In this document: piece after piece, positions 1 through 9,696 of the stretch
How the letters are laid out: every line of letters begins with the position of its first letter
Numbering within the stretch: the first letter of the stretch is position 1
Assembly (NCBI GenBank): GCA_965246715.1
Contig: CBDFFH010000022.1
Coordinates: 111,404 to 175,403, forward strand
Direction: 5' to 3'
DNA: 64,000 nucleotides
Source: Chamaesiphon sp.
Lineage (GTDB): Bacteria > Cyanobacteriota > Cyanobacteriia > Cyanobacteriales > Chamaesiphonaceae
Notes under the pieces: generated by a model
What the model saw: only the letters and a program-made list of their open reading frames with translations
The model's database searches: none
Told to the model about the DNA's origin: nothing
Program-made: the position numbers and the translations under genes

Positions 1-907
1 CAAACCCGATCGAAATAGTTTTAATTTTATCTTGGGCGATTTCAGTAGCTAGAGTGGCAATCGCGGTGGAGTCAATCCCCCCCGATAAAAATACCCCGAT
101 CGGTACGTCAGCCAAGAGGTGACGAGCGACGGATTCGCGCAACACTTGAGCCACTTCTGCCACGACTCGATCGCGAGTGGGCGCAGAGAGACTGGGCGCG
201 GTACCTTGGCGCTCCAACTGAAAATATTGACGTTGCGATCTTTCGCGACCAGTCCAGTCGAGTTTTAGCAGCGATCCAGGCGATAATTGCGTGATGCCAT
301 GAATGATATTGAGATCGCCACAAACTGCACCCTGTGCTAAAAATGTCTCTACCGCCCCGCGATCGAGATCGGGTAGGACGAGATCGGCTCCCGCTGCCAA
401 GATCGTCCGAATTTCTGAGGCGAAAATCAGTCCGCCACTCGCCGGACGGTATAAATATAACGGTTTGATGCCCAAGCGATCGCGACAGAGCCAAATTTCT
501 TGGTTAGCGGTATCTGCCAAACACCAGGCAAACATTCCCTGCAACCGCTCGACACAATCCGCTCCCCACACTCTAAAGCCATTGAGGATCGTTTCCGTAT
601 CGGATTGGGTGCGACAAGCCCACGGCGTATCGATGAGATCTGCTTGTAAATCTCGGTAGTTGTAGATTTCACCATTAAATACGACCCAATTGGGGTCGAG
701 ATCGTCGCGATCGCGCATTGGCTGGTTGCCTGCTGGTGACAGGTCGATAATCGCCAAGCGCGCGTGTAGCAGTGTCACAGAGCCATTTTCTAACACGATC
801 TTGCCACTAGCGTCTGGCCCCCGGTGGGACATTGCCGCCAGCATCTTGTCGGCTACTCTAACTTGGATGTCGCGATCGATTCCAATTAATCCAGCAATTC
901 CACACAT
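1..907 (-). CDS. asnB: asparagine synthase (glutamine-hydrolysing)-type amidotransferase; 5' part only, runs off the window start
   Basis: Not in the ORF track because there is no stop in the window. Manual translation from the ATG at 907 gives MCGIAGLIG...HRGPD...RLAIIDLS...FNGEIYN...RDRLGIKPLY...VFLSGGIDS (N-terminal Cys glutaminase and synthetase motifs), in frame to base 2. Confidence 0.93.
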   Translation of the reverse strand, partial: MCGIAGLIGIDRDIQVRVADKMLAAMSHRGPDASGKIVLENGSVTLLHARLAIIDLSPAGNQPMRDRDDLDPNWVVFNGEIYNYRDLQADLIDTPWACRTQSDTETILNGFRVWGADCVERLQGMFAWCLADTANQEIWLCRDRLGIKPLYLYRPASGGLIFASEIRTILAAGADLVLPDLDRGAVETFLAQGAVCGDLNIIHGITQLSPGSLLKLDWTGRERSQRQYFQLERQGTAPSLSAPTRDRVVAEVAQVLRESVARHLLADVPIGVFLSGGIDSTAIATLATEIAQDKIKTISIGF

Positions 908-2044
908 TTAAAATTTTCCTGCTGCGAGTTGGGCATAGGCGGCCATAATGGTTCTAGCGTAATTTTCCCAGGTGTAACGCGCCGCTACGGCCAGTCGGCG
1001 ATCGATGGCTGGGGCGCGATCGGGAGTAGTTATCGCGGCGAGCGTGCGCTCGATCCAAGTCTCGATATCGCCCACCGGACAATAAACAACGGCATCGTCG
1101 CCCACTTCGCGCATCACGGGAATATCACTGGCTAAGACGATCGCCCCACAAGCCAAGGCTTCGATGATGGGCATCCCAAAGCCCTCGGCATCGCTAGTCA
1201 TTAGCACGATTGCAGCCTGCTGGTGCAGTTGGGCGATCGTTGAGTTCTGGAGATCGGTCAGATGCACGATCGATTCTGCTAGTGCCAATTTATCGATCTG
1301 TTGCTGCTGTGCGTCCGTCCATTTCCCCCCAACTTTGACTAACTGCAATTGAGGCAATTCGGCGCGGAGTGCGGCAAATGTAGCTAGCAACACATCGATC
1401 CGCTTGCGGGGAATGCAGCTACCCACATGTAAGATAAATGGTTTGCCCTGCAACCGGTGCTGTAGTGCTAAGATCTTCGGCTCGGCAGGTAACGCCTGGG
1501 ACTGATATTCTGGCGATACTCCCGGCGGCGCAACGACCAGCAGCGCCGGATCGACAAGCTGATAATGTGCGAGCTGACGACCGATTTCTTGAGTTGGATG
1601 GAACACGATCGCTGCTTTTTGTAGCCCTGTCAAAATATGCTGCGACATGTGGCGAAATGCCCACGAGCGCGGTTCGCGCTCGGGTGCGAGGATCGATCGA
1701 AAGGCATCCGCATCATGACAATAAACTCCCGTTCTATCCGCTGGCAAACCATTGATGAGATGGGCGTATGAGTGATCGGCAACATGGAACAGATCGTAAT
1801 CTGGCGAGTGCGATCTTAAATACTGGGGATAATCGACAAAGCGATTGAGAAAACGATCGCCATTAAAATACTGGGGAATATATTTCTGTAAGTGTTTCAA
1901 TCGCCACTGAAACGGCGGACGGATCTGCATGGTTTGGATGTCGAGATCGGCGATCTTCAAGGCGCGATCGTGCAACATCTGGGCGCAGATATCCATGCTC
2001 ATCCAGCCCTCTTCTAAATAGTCGCAAACAATGCCGAGTTTCAT
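908..2044 (-). CDS. glycosyltransferase family 4 (GT-B)
   Basis: 378 aa; EGFGMPIIEALACG (E-X7-E) and RKRID motifs; abuts the asnB start. Confidence 0.92.
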   Translation of the reverse strand: MKLGIVCDYLEEGWMSMDICAQMLHDRALKIADLDIQTMQIRPPFQWRLKHLQKYIPQYFNGDRFLNRFVDYPQYLRSHSPDYDLFHVADHSYAHLINGLPADRTGVYCHDADAFRSILAPEREPRSWAFRHMSQHILTGLQKAAIVFHPTQEIGRQLAHYQLVDPALLVVAPPGVSPEYQSQALPAEPKILALQHRLQGKPFILHVGSCIPRKRIDVLLATFAALRAELPQLQLVKVGGKWTDAQQQQIDKLALAESIVHLTDLQNSTIAQLHQQAAIVLMTSDAEGFGMPIIEALACGAIVLASDIPVMREVGDDAVVYCPVGDIETWIERTLAAITTPDRAPAIDRRLAVAARYTWENYARTIMAAYAQLAAGKF

Positions 2045-2046
2045 GA

Positions 2047-2213
2047 CTGGAGTTAGGCCAAGCGCATCTACATGCTGAGAGTTCTATATGATTAGAGTTC
2101 CCAGAATGTATTACCAAATCTCGCTCTGACGTAAAATCGGTTGCTTGGGTCGGGTTGCTGGAGTTAGAGCAAGCGCATCTACCTGCTGAGAGTTCTATTC
2201 GATCGGAGTTCCC
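2047..2213. repeat. imperfect direct repeat, two ~56-bp copies with a 111-bp period
   Basis: ctggagttaggccaagcgcatctacatgctgagagttctatatgattagagttccc (2047-2102) versus ctggagttagagcaagcgcatctacctgctgagagttctattcgatcggagttccc (2158-2213). Confidence 0.8.
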
Positions 2214-2298
2214 CCTCAAACTCTTTCGGAGCGACTTCTCTATCCTTACTCGTTTGACCTTAAACGATCGCCTGTCATCATCTATACAAGATCTATAC

Positions 2299-2665
2299 AA
2301 CCCAAGTTGCTACCTAACGTGAGTTCGGGTTAAAGATGTCCACTTAATGACTCCTAGCTTCGTTTCTGAACCGCCCTCAAATGAATTTGCGGATGGAATC
2401 GCGCTGAGGTTCCCTCAGCGTGCGTTCCACCAAGCGGGGCTAATAGCAAAAGTTCGTTTCAACGAACTAATCAATTGGGCAGTTCTCTTGAGAGAACTTT
2501 TGCTATTAGCCCGAACTTATAGTTCAGGGCGGTGCTTGAACGGAGCAGATCGATTTTCCTTATCCCGAACTCACGTTACCTACACTCACAGCGGCAACAA
2601 CCGAACTTTGCAGAATTAGCCACGATTTCAATCGTTGGCATTCTGGTAGGTAGCAACTGGGGTTA
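2299..2665. mobile_element. MITE, end type A (ACCCAAGTTGCTACCT), with a type-B MITE nested inside
   Basis: Terminal inverted repeats acccaagttgctacct / aggtagcaactggggt; the same ends recur at 34869, 42973, 44361 and 56484. Confidence 0.8.
2317..2576. mobile_element. MITE, end type B (ACGTGAGTTCGG), 6-bp target duplication TACCTA
   Basis: TIRs acgtgagttcggg / cccgaactcacgt; taccta on both sides (2311-2316, 2577-2582); palindromic core; contains a 47-nt hairpin insertion at 2389-2435. Confidence 0.88.
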
Positions 2666-2704
2666 TGTAGCGAAGATTATTCTTCGACTTCTTTTGAGAC
2701 ATCT

Positions 2705-2977
2705 TCATCTATTCTTTCTGCTACTCGTAGATGGGTCGATCTCACTTTCAAGATAGATTTCATCATTAGCGCTGGATTTGCCTTCTACTAAGGATAATAA
2801 TTCTGCTGTTTTGAGTAAATTGCGTAGCAATCCTATTTTCAGGTCTTGGTTCCGATGAATAGAAACGGAAATCCTAGAGGGGTTTCCCGCTTTGCCGTAA
2901 ATGTGATGACTACCTTGAATCCGACATAAATCCCAGCCGTTAGCTTCTAATAGCTTAGCTAAGTCTTTACCTGACAT
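2705..2977 (-). CDS. hicA: HicA family toxin (type II toxin-antitoxin mRNA interferase)
   Basis: SGKDLAKLLEANGW...RIQGSHHIY...IH...DLKIGLL: the HicA GSH motif; lies directly downstream of a hicB-like gene. Confidence 0.88.
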   Translation of the reverse strand: MSGKDLAKLLEANGWDLCRIQGSHHIYGKAGNPSRISVSIHRNQDLKIGLLRNLLKTAELLSLVEGKSSANDEIYLESEIDPSTSSRKNR

Positions 2978-2982
2978 CGATT

Positions 2983-3211
2983 TTATATCGCCAGTTCTAA
3001 GACTTGAGATTTATCATCAACTGCTAGTTGGCTAGGATCGATCGATAAACAACCTTCGTTGGCAAAGCCTCTCCCAAAGGAGAATCGCTTCATGTAGATT
3101 GGATATCAATTCATCCCAGCTATCACCTTCAGTTGCACAGCCTGGGATCGCGGGTACTTCTGCCCAATACCCACCTTCGATCGCTTCATGGACGATTACG
3201 GTTAGTTTCAT
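2983..3211 (-). pseudogene. hicB: HicB family antitoxin, frameshifted by a 25-nt insertion
   Basis: ATG at 3211 gives MKLTVIVHEAIEGGYWAEVPAIPGCATEGDSWDELISNLHEAI. Removing 3059-3083 restores EGCLSIDPSQLAVDDKSQVLELAI* (stop 2983-2985). As it stands, the frame ends at 3032 with a foreign tail. Confidence 0.88.
3059..3083 (-). repeat. 25-nt small dispersed double-hairpin element inserted at GCGAT^CG
   Basis: Minus strand tctcc-tttg-ggaga-ggc-ttt-gcc-aa; related copies at 41175, 52519 and 55189. Confidence 0.8.
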
Positions 3212-3283
3212 CGATCTCTTAACACAAACTTTATCTTAACACTAGACATACTGTGGGTATATAACTGCGAATCATTCGCCTGA

Positions 3284-4423
3284 CTACTCGACGATCGCCT
3301 CAATAATATCGCGTGCCATATCGTCCCAAGTATGACGACGCAACGAAGTTGAGAGATCGATCGCCTGTTGGCAATAGTAGGGATACTGCTGTTGCCATCC
3401 ATACAACCGTTTGACGAGATCTTCAACATTATTGGCATCTGGGAGGAGCAGATCTTGCAGTTGGGTCGAGTAGCGTTCGGCGACTCCAGCCGTCGCTGTG
3501 GTCAGCGCCGGAAGACCGCAACATAAAGCTTCGTGTACTCCCAATCCATATGCCTCGTAACGCGTTGGTGCTACCAAGCAATCCGCCGCGCGGAGAATCG
3601 AGGGTACATCGCGGCGAAAGCCCATAAACTCAATCCGATCGCTCAAACCCTCAGCTTGGGCGCGTTGTTGCCACAGTGGGAGTTCGGCACCGACACCGAT
3701 GACGACCAGATTGGCATTCCAATTGGGATCTGTACAGAGTTGTTGCCACGCCCCAAATAACGTATCGAAACCTTTGCGTCGATCGCCTAAAGCACCGATA
3801 AAAGTGACGATCGGGCGATCTAGATCCCAGCCATATTCCAATCGCAATTGTTCGCGTTCGGCAGCGGCGGCAGGATAGAACACAGTGGAGTCGATGCCAT
3901 AATAAATTGTCTTGACTTTACTCGGTTCGAGATCGAGTAAATCGATGAGGTGATTTTGGGTCAGGAGCGAGTTGGCGATTGCGATTCTCGCACCTTGGAG
4001 GGCGACACGTTCGGTGCGGAGTGACAGTTGGCGATCTAATTGTTGTTTTAATTTGGCAGCGATGCCCATGCGACTGTCGGGTTGATAGGCAGCGTGAACG
4101 TAATGTACCCAGTTGATATCTGGATACGGACAATTACCGCCGTTGGCAATCGTGTATGCGTCGGGGTTGCTGCTGAATCGATCGCCGATTTTAACACCTG
4201 CGCTCGCCAAGCGAGGCGCACCTAAAAAATAGGAATTCAACGGTTTTGGCACCTGATGGACGGTGACAGTCGATCGATCTGCCAGTGCTGGATCGACGCG
4301 ATGGGCGACGAGATCGAGCGGATAACCTTGACGGGCGATATAGTCGGCCAACGCATAGTTGGCGCGATCCATGCCACCAGTGGGCACGAAATCGCCAGTA
4401 ACGATCGAGAATTGAGTAGTCAT
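3284..4423 (-). CDS. glycosyltransferase family 4
   Basis: 379 aa; RRKGFD and YEAYGLGVHEALCCGLP motifs. Confidence 0.92.
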   Translation of the reverse strand: MTTQFSIVTGDFVPTGGMDRANYALADYIARQGYPLDLVAHRVDPALADRSTVTVHQVPKPLNSYFLGAPRLASAGVKIGDRFSSNPDAYTIANGGNCPYPDINWVHYVHAAYQPDSRMGIAAKLKQQLDRQLSLRTERVALQGARIAIANSLLTQNHLIDLLDLEPSKVKTIYYGIDSTVFYPAAAAEREQLRLEYGWDLDRPIVTFIGALGDRRKGFDTLFGAWQQLCTDPNWNANLVVIGVGAELPLWQQRAQAEGLSDRIEFMGFRRDVPSILRAADCLVAPTRYEAYGLGVHEALCCGLPALTTATAGVAERYSTQLQDLLLPDANNVEDLVKRLYGWQQQYPYYCQQAIDLSTSLRRHTWDDMARDIIEAIVE

Positions 4424-4603
4424 CTTAAAATATCCTTAATCAATTTAGTAACTTTTTCGTGTCGATCTTCGAGATTAAATTCGGCGATTTCGCTAATAAT
4501 TTGTTGCTGTAACGATCGAAAATTGAGTAGTCATCTCAAAATATCCCCAATAAATCTAGTAACTTTTTCGCGCTGATCTTCGAGATTAAATTCAGCGATT
4601 TCG
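4398..4603. repeat. diverged tandem duplication of a gene junction (~95 bp, 111-bp period)
   Basis: acgatcgagaattgagtagtcatcttaaaatatcc...cgagattaaattcggcgatttcg versus acgatcgaaaattgagtagtcatctcaaaatatcc...cgagattaaattcagcgatttcg. Confidence 0.88.
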
Positions 4604-5622
4604 GTCGGAATGTATTGCTGTTTGGCGATAATTTCGGTGGGAGTCAGCGTTGCCATCAAGTCAGCTAGCTCGGTAATATAGCGCTCATCCCAAGGATTAT
4701 TACCCGCCAGACACCACGACCAACCAGACAATAAATCGTAAGTCATCGGTACTTGCCCGATCGCGATCGGTAATTTGGCGGCTAAATATTCGCTCACCTT
4801 GGTGGTGTACCGAAAACTGCCGACACCATCGACACTCTGAGGCAGGCTGGCGACATCCATCGCCGCCAGATATTCAAATACGCGATCGTTGAGAATATTA
4901 CCCGTGAGGATAATTTTGGTACCCAAGAGATCTGCCGCCAATGTTTGTAAATGCTGCATCCCCGTACCGTCGCCGACGATAATTACATAGATATCCGCAC
5001 TCCGATCGATTTTTTGTCTGGCGCTGACTAGCTCGACTCCATAGCAATACTGAAGTTTTTCGACCCAACTGAGCGAGCCGACGATCCCATAGACGATCGC
5101 CTGTGGGGGAATGCCCAATCGTGCGCGGGTCTGCTGCCTAAAGCGATCGAATTCCTCCACACTATAATTTTTGGGCGACCATCCCGCTGCAGTCACCCCC
5201 CTCGGCGCACCAAAGGTCAGCGCCCGACCGACTAAATAAGGTGTCCAGCCGATAAATCCCGCACAATAGCGACATAATAGTTGCTCGTACAATTGCGCGA
5301 AGTAGCCAACGAGATGGTTTGATTTCATCGCAATAAACGGCGCGACGGCATCGCCACTGCTGACTACATAGGGGATGTTTAGCGACCAGCGCAATATCAA
5401 ACAAGCCAGTCCGCCTGCGACTCCAGTTCCTTCCATCACGATTAGTGAGGGTCGATCGCTAAAACCAGATTTAATTAATTGCCAGCAACTACGGATTTTG
5501 AGGCGCGCATCAAACGCAAATCTGGTAATTTTAAAATTATCTAATAAAGCTAAGATCCTCGACTCATCATTAGTATTTTCGCCTTTAGTGGCAAATACCA
5601 AGATTTTATGTAGACTATTCAT
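4531..5622 (-). CDS. glycosyltransferase (GT-B, family 4-like)
   Basis: 363 aa; IVGDGTG, YLAAMDVASLP and TKVSEYLAAKLP motifs. Confidence 0.82.
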   Translation of the reverse strand: MNSLHKILVFATKGENTNDESRILALLDNFKITRFAFDARLKIRSCWQLIKSGFSDRPSLIVMEGTGVAGGLACLILRWSLNIPYVVSSGDAVAPFIAMKSNHLVGYFAQLYEQLLCRYCAGFIGWTPYLVGRALTFGAPRGVTAAGWSPKNYSVEEFDRFRQQTRARLGIPPQAIVYGIVGSLSWVEKLQYCYGVELVSARQKIDRSADIYVIIVGDGTGMQHLQTLAADLLGTKIILTGNILNDRVFEYLAAMDVASLPQSVDGVGSFRYTTKVSEYLAAKLPIAIGQVPMTYDLLSGWSWCLAGNNPWDERYITELADLMATLTPTEIIAKQQYIPTEIAEFNLEDQREKVTRFIGDILR

Positions 5623-5669
5623 ATTAAAGTTTCGATCGTTTACTCAATTACCCTAATCTCCAGAAACTG

Positions 5670-6767
5670 ATGTCAACAATTTTGTCGATCGTACCCAGGC
5701 TTCCACCTGTTGTAGATGGAGTTGGCGATTATGCCTGTTTGTTATCGGATGCTTTAGCCGCGCAGCATGGGATTTCAACTAAATTTATTGCTTGCGATCC
5801 GTTACAGCCGATCGAGTCTCAGCCAGGAGCTTTAGGCTCGGTTCAACTAATGACAAGATCGCGAGATTCACTATTAGATATCCTCGATCGCTGTGATGAC
5901 ATAGACACTTTATTTCTCCACTATGTTGGTTATGGTTATGCTAAACGTGGTTGTCCGTTGTGGTTGGTAGCTGCCTTAACTAAATGGCGGCAAGCTAAAC
6001 CATCTCGACGACTGATGGTGATGTTTCATGAGGTATATGCCAGCGATCGTCGACCTTGGAATAGTCAGTTTTGGACATCACCGCTGCAACGCCAGATTGC
6101 CAAATATTTAATCGAACTTGCCGATGTCGTCATGACTAGCAATCAAAGATTTATCAATTTAATCGTGGGTTTGAGTACCAAGCATCGTGATAGAATTGCA
6201 GCTTTACCAGTATTTTCAACGGTGGGAGAGAGTAACGAGCCTAGACCGCTGAGCGAACGCAAACCCTGGTTGGTTACTTTTGGTAATAGTGGCTTTCGCA
6301 AGTCTATTTATACTAATTCTCTCGAACAACTCACAACAGTATGTCAGCAATTAGAGATTAGCGAAATCTATGATATCGGTCATAGTTCGACAGAAATAGT
6401 GCGATCGATTCCAGGTGTTAAGGTAAATGCAATGGGTATTCTACCCGCCACCGAAATTTCTGAAATTTTTAGTCAGGCGCGGGTGGGTTTTATCAACTAC
6501 CCGATTCCATTTATTGCCAAGTCCACGATTTTTGCGGCTTACTCCAGCCATCAACTGCTATCGGTATTCGATCGAGCTAATCTCGGCGATAACTTAGATG
6601 GTGTCGAAATCGATCGAGATTATTGGGTGGTGCGATCTGATAAGTCGATCGATCTCCAGACAGCCCAGAAACTCTCGAGCAACGCTTATCGATGGTACGA
6701 GCGACATAGCCTCAGAGCGGTTGCTGAGCTAGTAGCCGAGCTACTCACTCAAGTTTCTGCAGGCTAG
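5670..6767 (+). CDS. putative glycosyltransferase, on the opposite strand to the rest of the cluster
   Basis: 365 aa; N-terminal PPVVDGVGDY, VMFHE and KSTIFAAY motifs of GT-B-like proteins. Confidence 0.75.
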   Translation: MSTILSIVPRLPPVVDGVGDYACLLSDALAAQHGISTKFIACDPLQPIESQPGALGSVQLMTRSRDSLLDILDRCDDIDTLFLHYVGYGYAKRGCPLWLVAALTKWRQAKPSRRLMVMFHEVYASDRRPWNSQFWTSPLQRQIAKYLIELADVVMTSNQRFINLIVGLSTKHRDRIAALPVFSTVGESNEPRPLSERKPWLVTFGNSGFRKSIYTNSLEQLTTVCQQLEISEIYDIGHSSTEIVRSIPGVKVNAMGILPATEISEIFSQARVGFINYPIPFIAKSTIFAAYSSHQLLSVFDRANLGDNLDGVEIDRDYWVVRSDKSIDLQTAQKLSSNAYRWYERHSLRAVAELVAELLTQVSAG

Positions 6768-6785
6768 CAAGTGTCATAGACTAAC

Positions 6786-8111
6786 TCAATCCACATATAT
6801 TTGCTGTTGTTGGGAATTTGCAGCTACAAAAATTGTGGCATTGAGCAACCAGAACTCCATACCTGTCTGCGAGATAAATACTGGATAATTAAATGTAATC
6901 ATCACGATTCCGATATTATATGCAAAGATGACCGCACCCCAAAAAGACAAACCATCCATCCGCTGTTGGCAAGCAATTTTGAAGGCATAATAGCAAGCTG
7001 AAAATAATGCACCACTGTAGGCAATTATCAATGGGATCCCACCATCTAATAGCCAGCCAGTCCACTGAATTTCTACCCAAATCGGGTCGGTAAACGGATT
7101 GCCATTCTTGCCAAAATAACCATACATCATTCCCCAGCGCCCTAACCCAGCACCCCAAGGATACTTGGGCACTAATATATTGATGGTATCTTCTAAAAAC
7201 CGTCCTCTATTCTCGTGATAAACTTGGTCGGCACTGCCAGAAAATAGCGAAGTTATCCGATCGAGTGTCCCCGCACCGCCTACAGCAACCGCCCAGCCAA
7301 ACGTACCCAAAATCAATGGCTGGAGCGTCGCAACTAACGTTATCGCGCGCTTAAAATTGCGGCTGACCGATAGCACGAATAACAAACATCCAATACACAA
7401 GCAAGTAACGATCAAAATATTCCGAACCTGCGACATATAGATGCAGAAAAAGCCGATAAAAGTACTCAGGATCCCTAATCCGGCCACGTACTTATTTTTG
7501 CCTTCTAAAAAGAATGCCAGTCCCAGTAAGACAGCATAAAATCCGGCTAATGCGGCTCCACCTGGCGAATCAGTCAATCCTGACGGACGAAATACCGACG
7601 TACCGTTTTGGAGGACTATTTTGAGATTTTCGCCACCGTAGGTGCTATTTTCAATTACCGATGATAGTTGAAATTGAAACTGTCCGGGAAAATAGATTTG
7701 CAGCAACCCAAATAAGACACTAACCGATTGAAACACCCAAACTAGTGCGAGTAAATTGCGAAATCCCGCGGCAGACATCGGTAATTTAGTCGCCCAAAAT
7801 AACGGTCCAAGAATTGCTAAATACATTGCAATTTGACCCAAGGCAGCAAAAATTGAATTGTTCTGAAAATTAAAGCAAAATGATAAGCATAAAATTGCCA
7901 TAACTCCATAAGCCATCCATTTAACTGGATAGTCGATCCCTCGCTCTTTGGTCGTGGCTAAAAGATAAAGACTCAGACCAAAACAACCGATCCGCAGTAC
8001 CGTGCGAAGCGCCCCGATCCCAGGAACTAGCAGCAAGAGCTGTAAAATAAACTGCAACAGCATAAAGTTATGCGCCCAGTTCCATTCATCTCGTTTGAGT
8101 CCAAAGAACAT
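6786..8111 (-). CDS. polytopic membrane protein, Wzy/O-antigen ligase-like
   Basis: 441 aa; about 11-12 hydrophobic segments; PWGAGLG loop motif; polysaccharide cluster context. Confidence 0.7.
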   Translation of the reverse strand: MFFGLKRDEWNWAHNFMLLQFILQLLLLVPGIGALRTVLRIGCFGLSLYLLATTKERGIDYPVKWMAYGVMAILCLSFCFNFQNNSIFAALGQIAMYLAILGPLFWATKLPMSAAGFRNLLALVWVFQSVSVLFGLLQIYFPGQFQFQLSSVIENSTYGGENLKIVLQNGTSVFRPSGLTDSPGGAALAGFYAVLLGLAFFLEGKNKYVAGLGILSTFIGFFCIYMSQVRNILIVTCLCIGCLLFVLSVSRNFKRAITLVATLQPLILGTFGWAVAVGGAGTLDRITSLFSGSADQVYHENRGRFLEDTINILVPKYPWGAGLGRWGMMYGYFGKNGNPFTDPIWVEIQWTGWLLDGGIPLIIAYSGALFSACYYAFKIACQQRMDGLSFWGAVIFAYNIGIVMITFNYPVFISQTGMEFWLLNATIFVAANSQQQQIYVD

Positions 8112-8164
8112 ATCAACCTAAATTAGTAATCGGGGTCATCTCCAAGATACATTTTTTGACTGCA

Positions 8165-8926
8165 TTATCGTCGATCGAATGGCTTGCAGATAAACCACAC
8201 TTGACTACTAAACCAGCCACCCGACCAGGGTAACGGGGAGAAGATTGTTTGCTCGACGGTCAAATGCTCCCGGACTCGCTCGCGCATCGCCCGCCAGTTG
8301 AAACCATAATGGGAGTGAGAAGGCTCATCTGGTTCGCCATATACCGGACGGTCTACTATGGTATTCTCTCCAGCACAAATCATCTTGATGGCATTTGATA
8401 GTGAATAGGATTCATAGTAGCGGTAATCGCTCAAACCCCGCAAAGCAGCAAGCTTGCGGAGAAATAACTTCAACAGGAACGTTGGCCCAATTTCGATCGG
8501 CACGCTAATAATTACCCGTCCATCAGCAGCGACGAGTCGAGCTAAGTCTTTGAGTACGATTTCCACTATTGGATCCGTACAATGTTCGAGTGCTTCCATA
8601 CAGGTGACGACATCGTAAGACGCTACATGAGCGGAATCGGCGATTTCGGAAATGGTGGAAAAGCGAATATTCTGGAGATCGGCAAAGCGAGTCTGACAGT
8701 CTTTGACTTGATCTGCTGCAATATCTGCTCCGTAGCCAGAAGATAACTGATTTGCAGCCATCGAGAGAAAGGTGCCGTCGCCACAACCATAGTCCAGTAA
8801 TTTCTGCTGCGAGCCAATCAAGCGCAGAGCTGCCTCAAACCGAGATCTGTGACTCCAAGCAATAATATTGCTATCGCAACCAAATTGCTTCTGGTAATAT
8901 TTTCCTTCAGTAATAGCGTTCAACAT
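8165..8926 (-). CDS. class I SAM-dependent methyltransferase
   Basis: LLDYGCGDG (motif I) and DVVTCMEALEH. Confidence 0.9.
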   Translation of the reverse strand: MLNAITEGKYYQKQFGCDSNIIAWSHRSRFEAALRLIGSQQKLLDYGCGDGTFLSMAANQLSSGYGADIAADQVKDCQTRFADLQNIRFSTISEIADSAHVASYDVVTCMEALEHCTDPIVEIVLKDLARLVAADGRVIISVPIEIGPTFLLKLFLRKLAALRGLSDYRYYESYSLSNAIKMICAGENTIVDRPVYGEPDEPSHSHYGFNWRAMRERVREHLTVEQTIFSPLPWSGGWFSSQVWFICKPFDRR

Positions 8927-9017
8927 AGATATCTCCGATGATAAATGAATGATTGATTAGATAGATACAGGTGTTGTAATATTTGCTTGGGTAAAATTTA
9001 GTTTCCAATAAAAAAAA

Positions 9018-9674
9018 TTATTTTTTTGTAGCTGATAAAATTACGTTATCGCTAAAAAGTCTACCTTTGCAGCCCAGAAAATGCGGCCAATTCCGATCGC
9101 TGCCAGGTATCCTCCCCGAATCGGTATAATGAATTTGAATGTCCGAGAGCTGACATTCAGCGGCAATTCGCTGCAAATCGATTTCGAGTAAGGCCGTAAT
9201 ATGTGCGGGATAGCAGCCTGGAGTTTCTTGGAAGGCATTAAACTGGTTTTTAAATACCAAATTCAACTTACTTAGCAAACTTAATTGATTGGGAGTGGTA
9301 ACGACAATCGTCCCACCAGGTGCAGTAATTCTCACTAATTCCCGCATAAAAGTGCGCGGGTTTTCTAAATGCTCGATCGTTTCGATCGAACAAACAACAT
9401 CGGCATAATTATCTGGTAACTTAATCGTACAAGTATCTAAATCGGACTCGATAAATCTACAATCTTGCGGAAATTCTGGATAGCGAACGATGTCAGCACC
9501 GATATACTGCTGTTTAGATAAATCCAGGAAGTTAAGAAAATTACCTTGGCCGCAACCAACATCTACTACATTGCCAGAGTAGTCGCTAATTAAATTAGCA
9601 ACCGATCGATAAATTGCAACGTTGCTTTGCCCAGCACTGATTAATGCTCTGTCTGTTTTTAATTGAGTTTTCAT
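9018..9674 (-). CDS. class I SAM-dependent methyltransferase
   Basis: VVDVGCGQG, DVVCSIETIEHLENP and TTPN motifs. Start placed at the ATG at 9674 to avoid overlap with the upstream GT (ORF track starts at 9716). Confidence 0.88.
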   Translation of the reverse strand: MKTQLKTDRALISAGQSNVAIYRSVANLISDYSGNVVDVGCGQGNFLNFLDLSKQQYIGADIVRYPEFPQDCRFIESDLDTCTIKLPDNYADVVCSIETIEHLENPRTFMRELVRITAPGGTIVVTTPNQLSLLSKLNLVFKNQFNAFQETPGCYPAHITALLEIDLQRIAAECQLSDIQIHYTDSGRIPGSDRNWPHFLGCKGRLFSDNVILSATKK

Positions 9675-9696
9675 AGTTGGATTATCGAGTAAGTTT

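Noticed and set aside
108..911. ORF-track calls 108-494, 303-659, 427-675 and 690-911
   Set aside because: They are alternative frames of the asnB gene, which runs off the window.
2347..2756. Short ORFs over repeats (also 30195-30435, 40101-40307, 41211-41411, 44351-44581, 55146-55384)
   Set aside because: They are translations of MITE/REP sequence with no transposase motifs.
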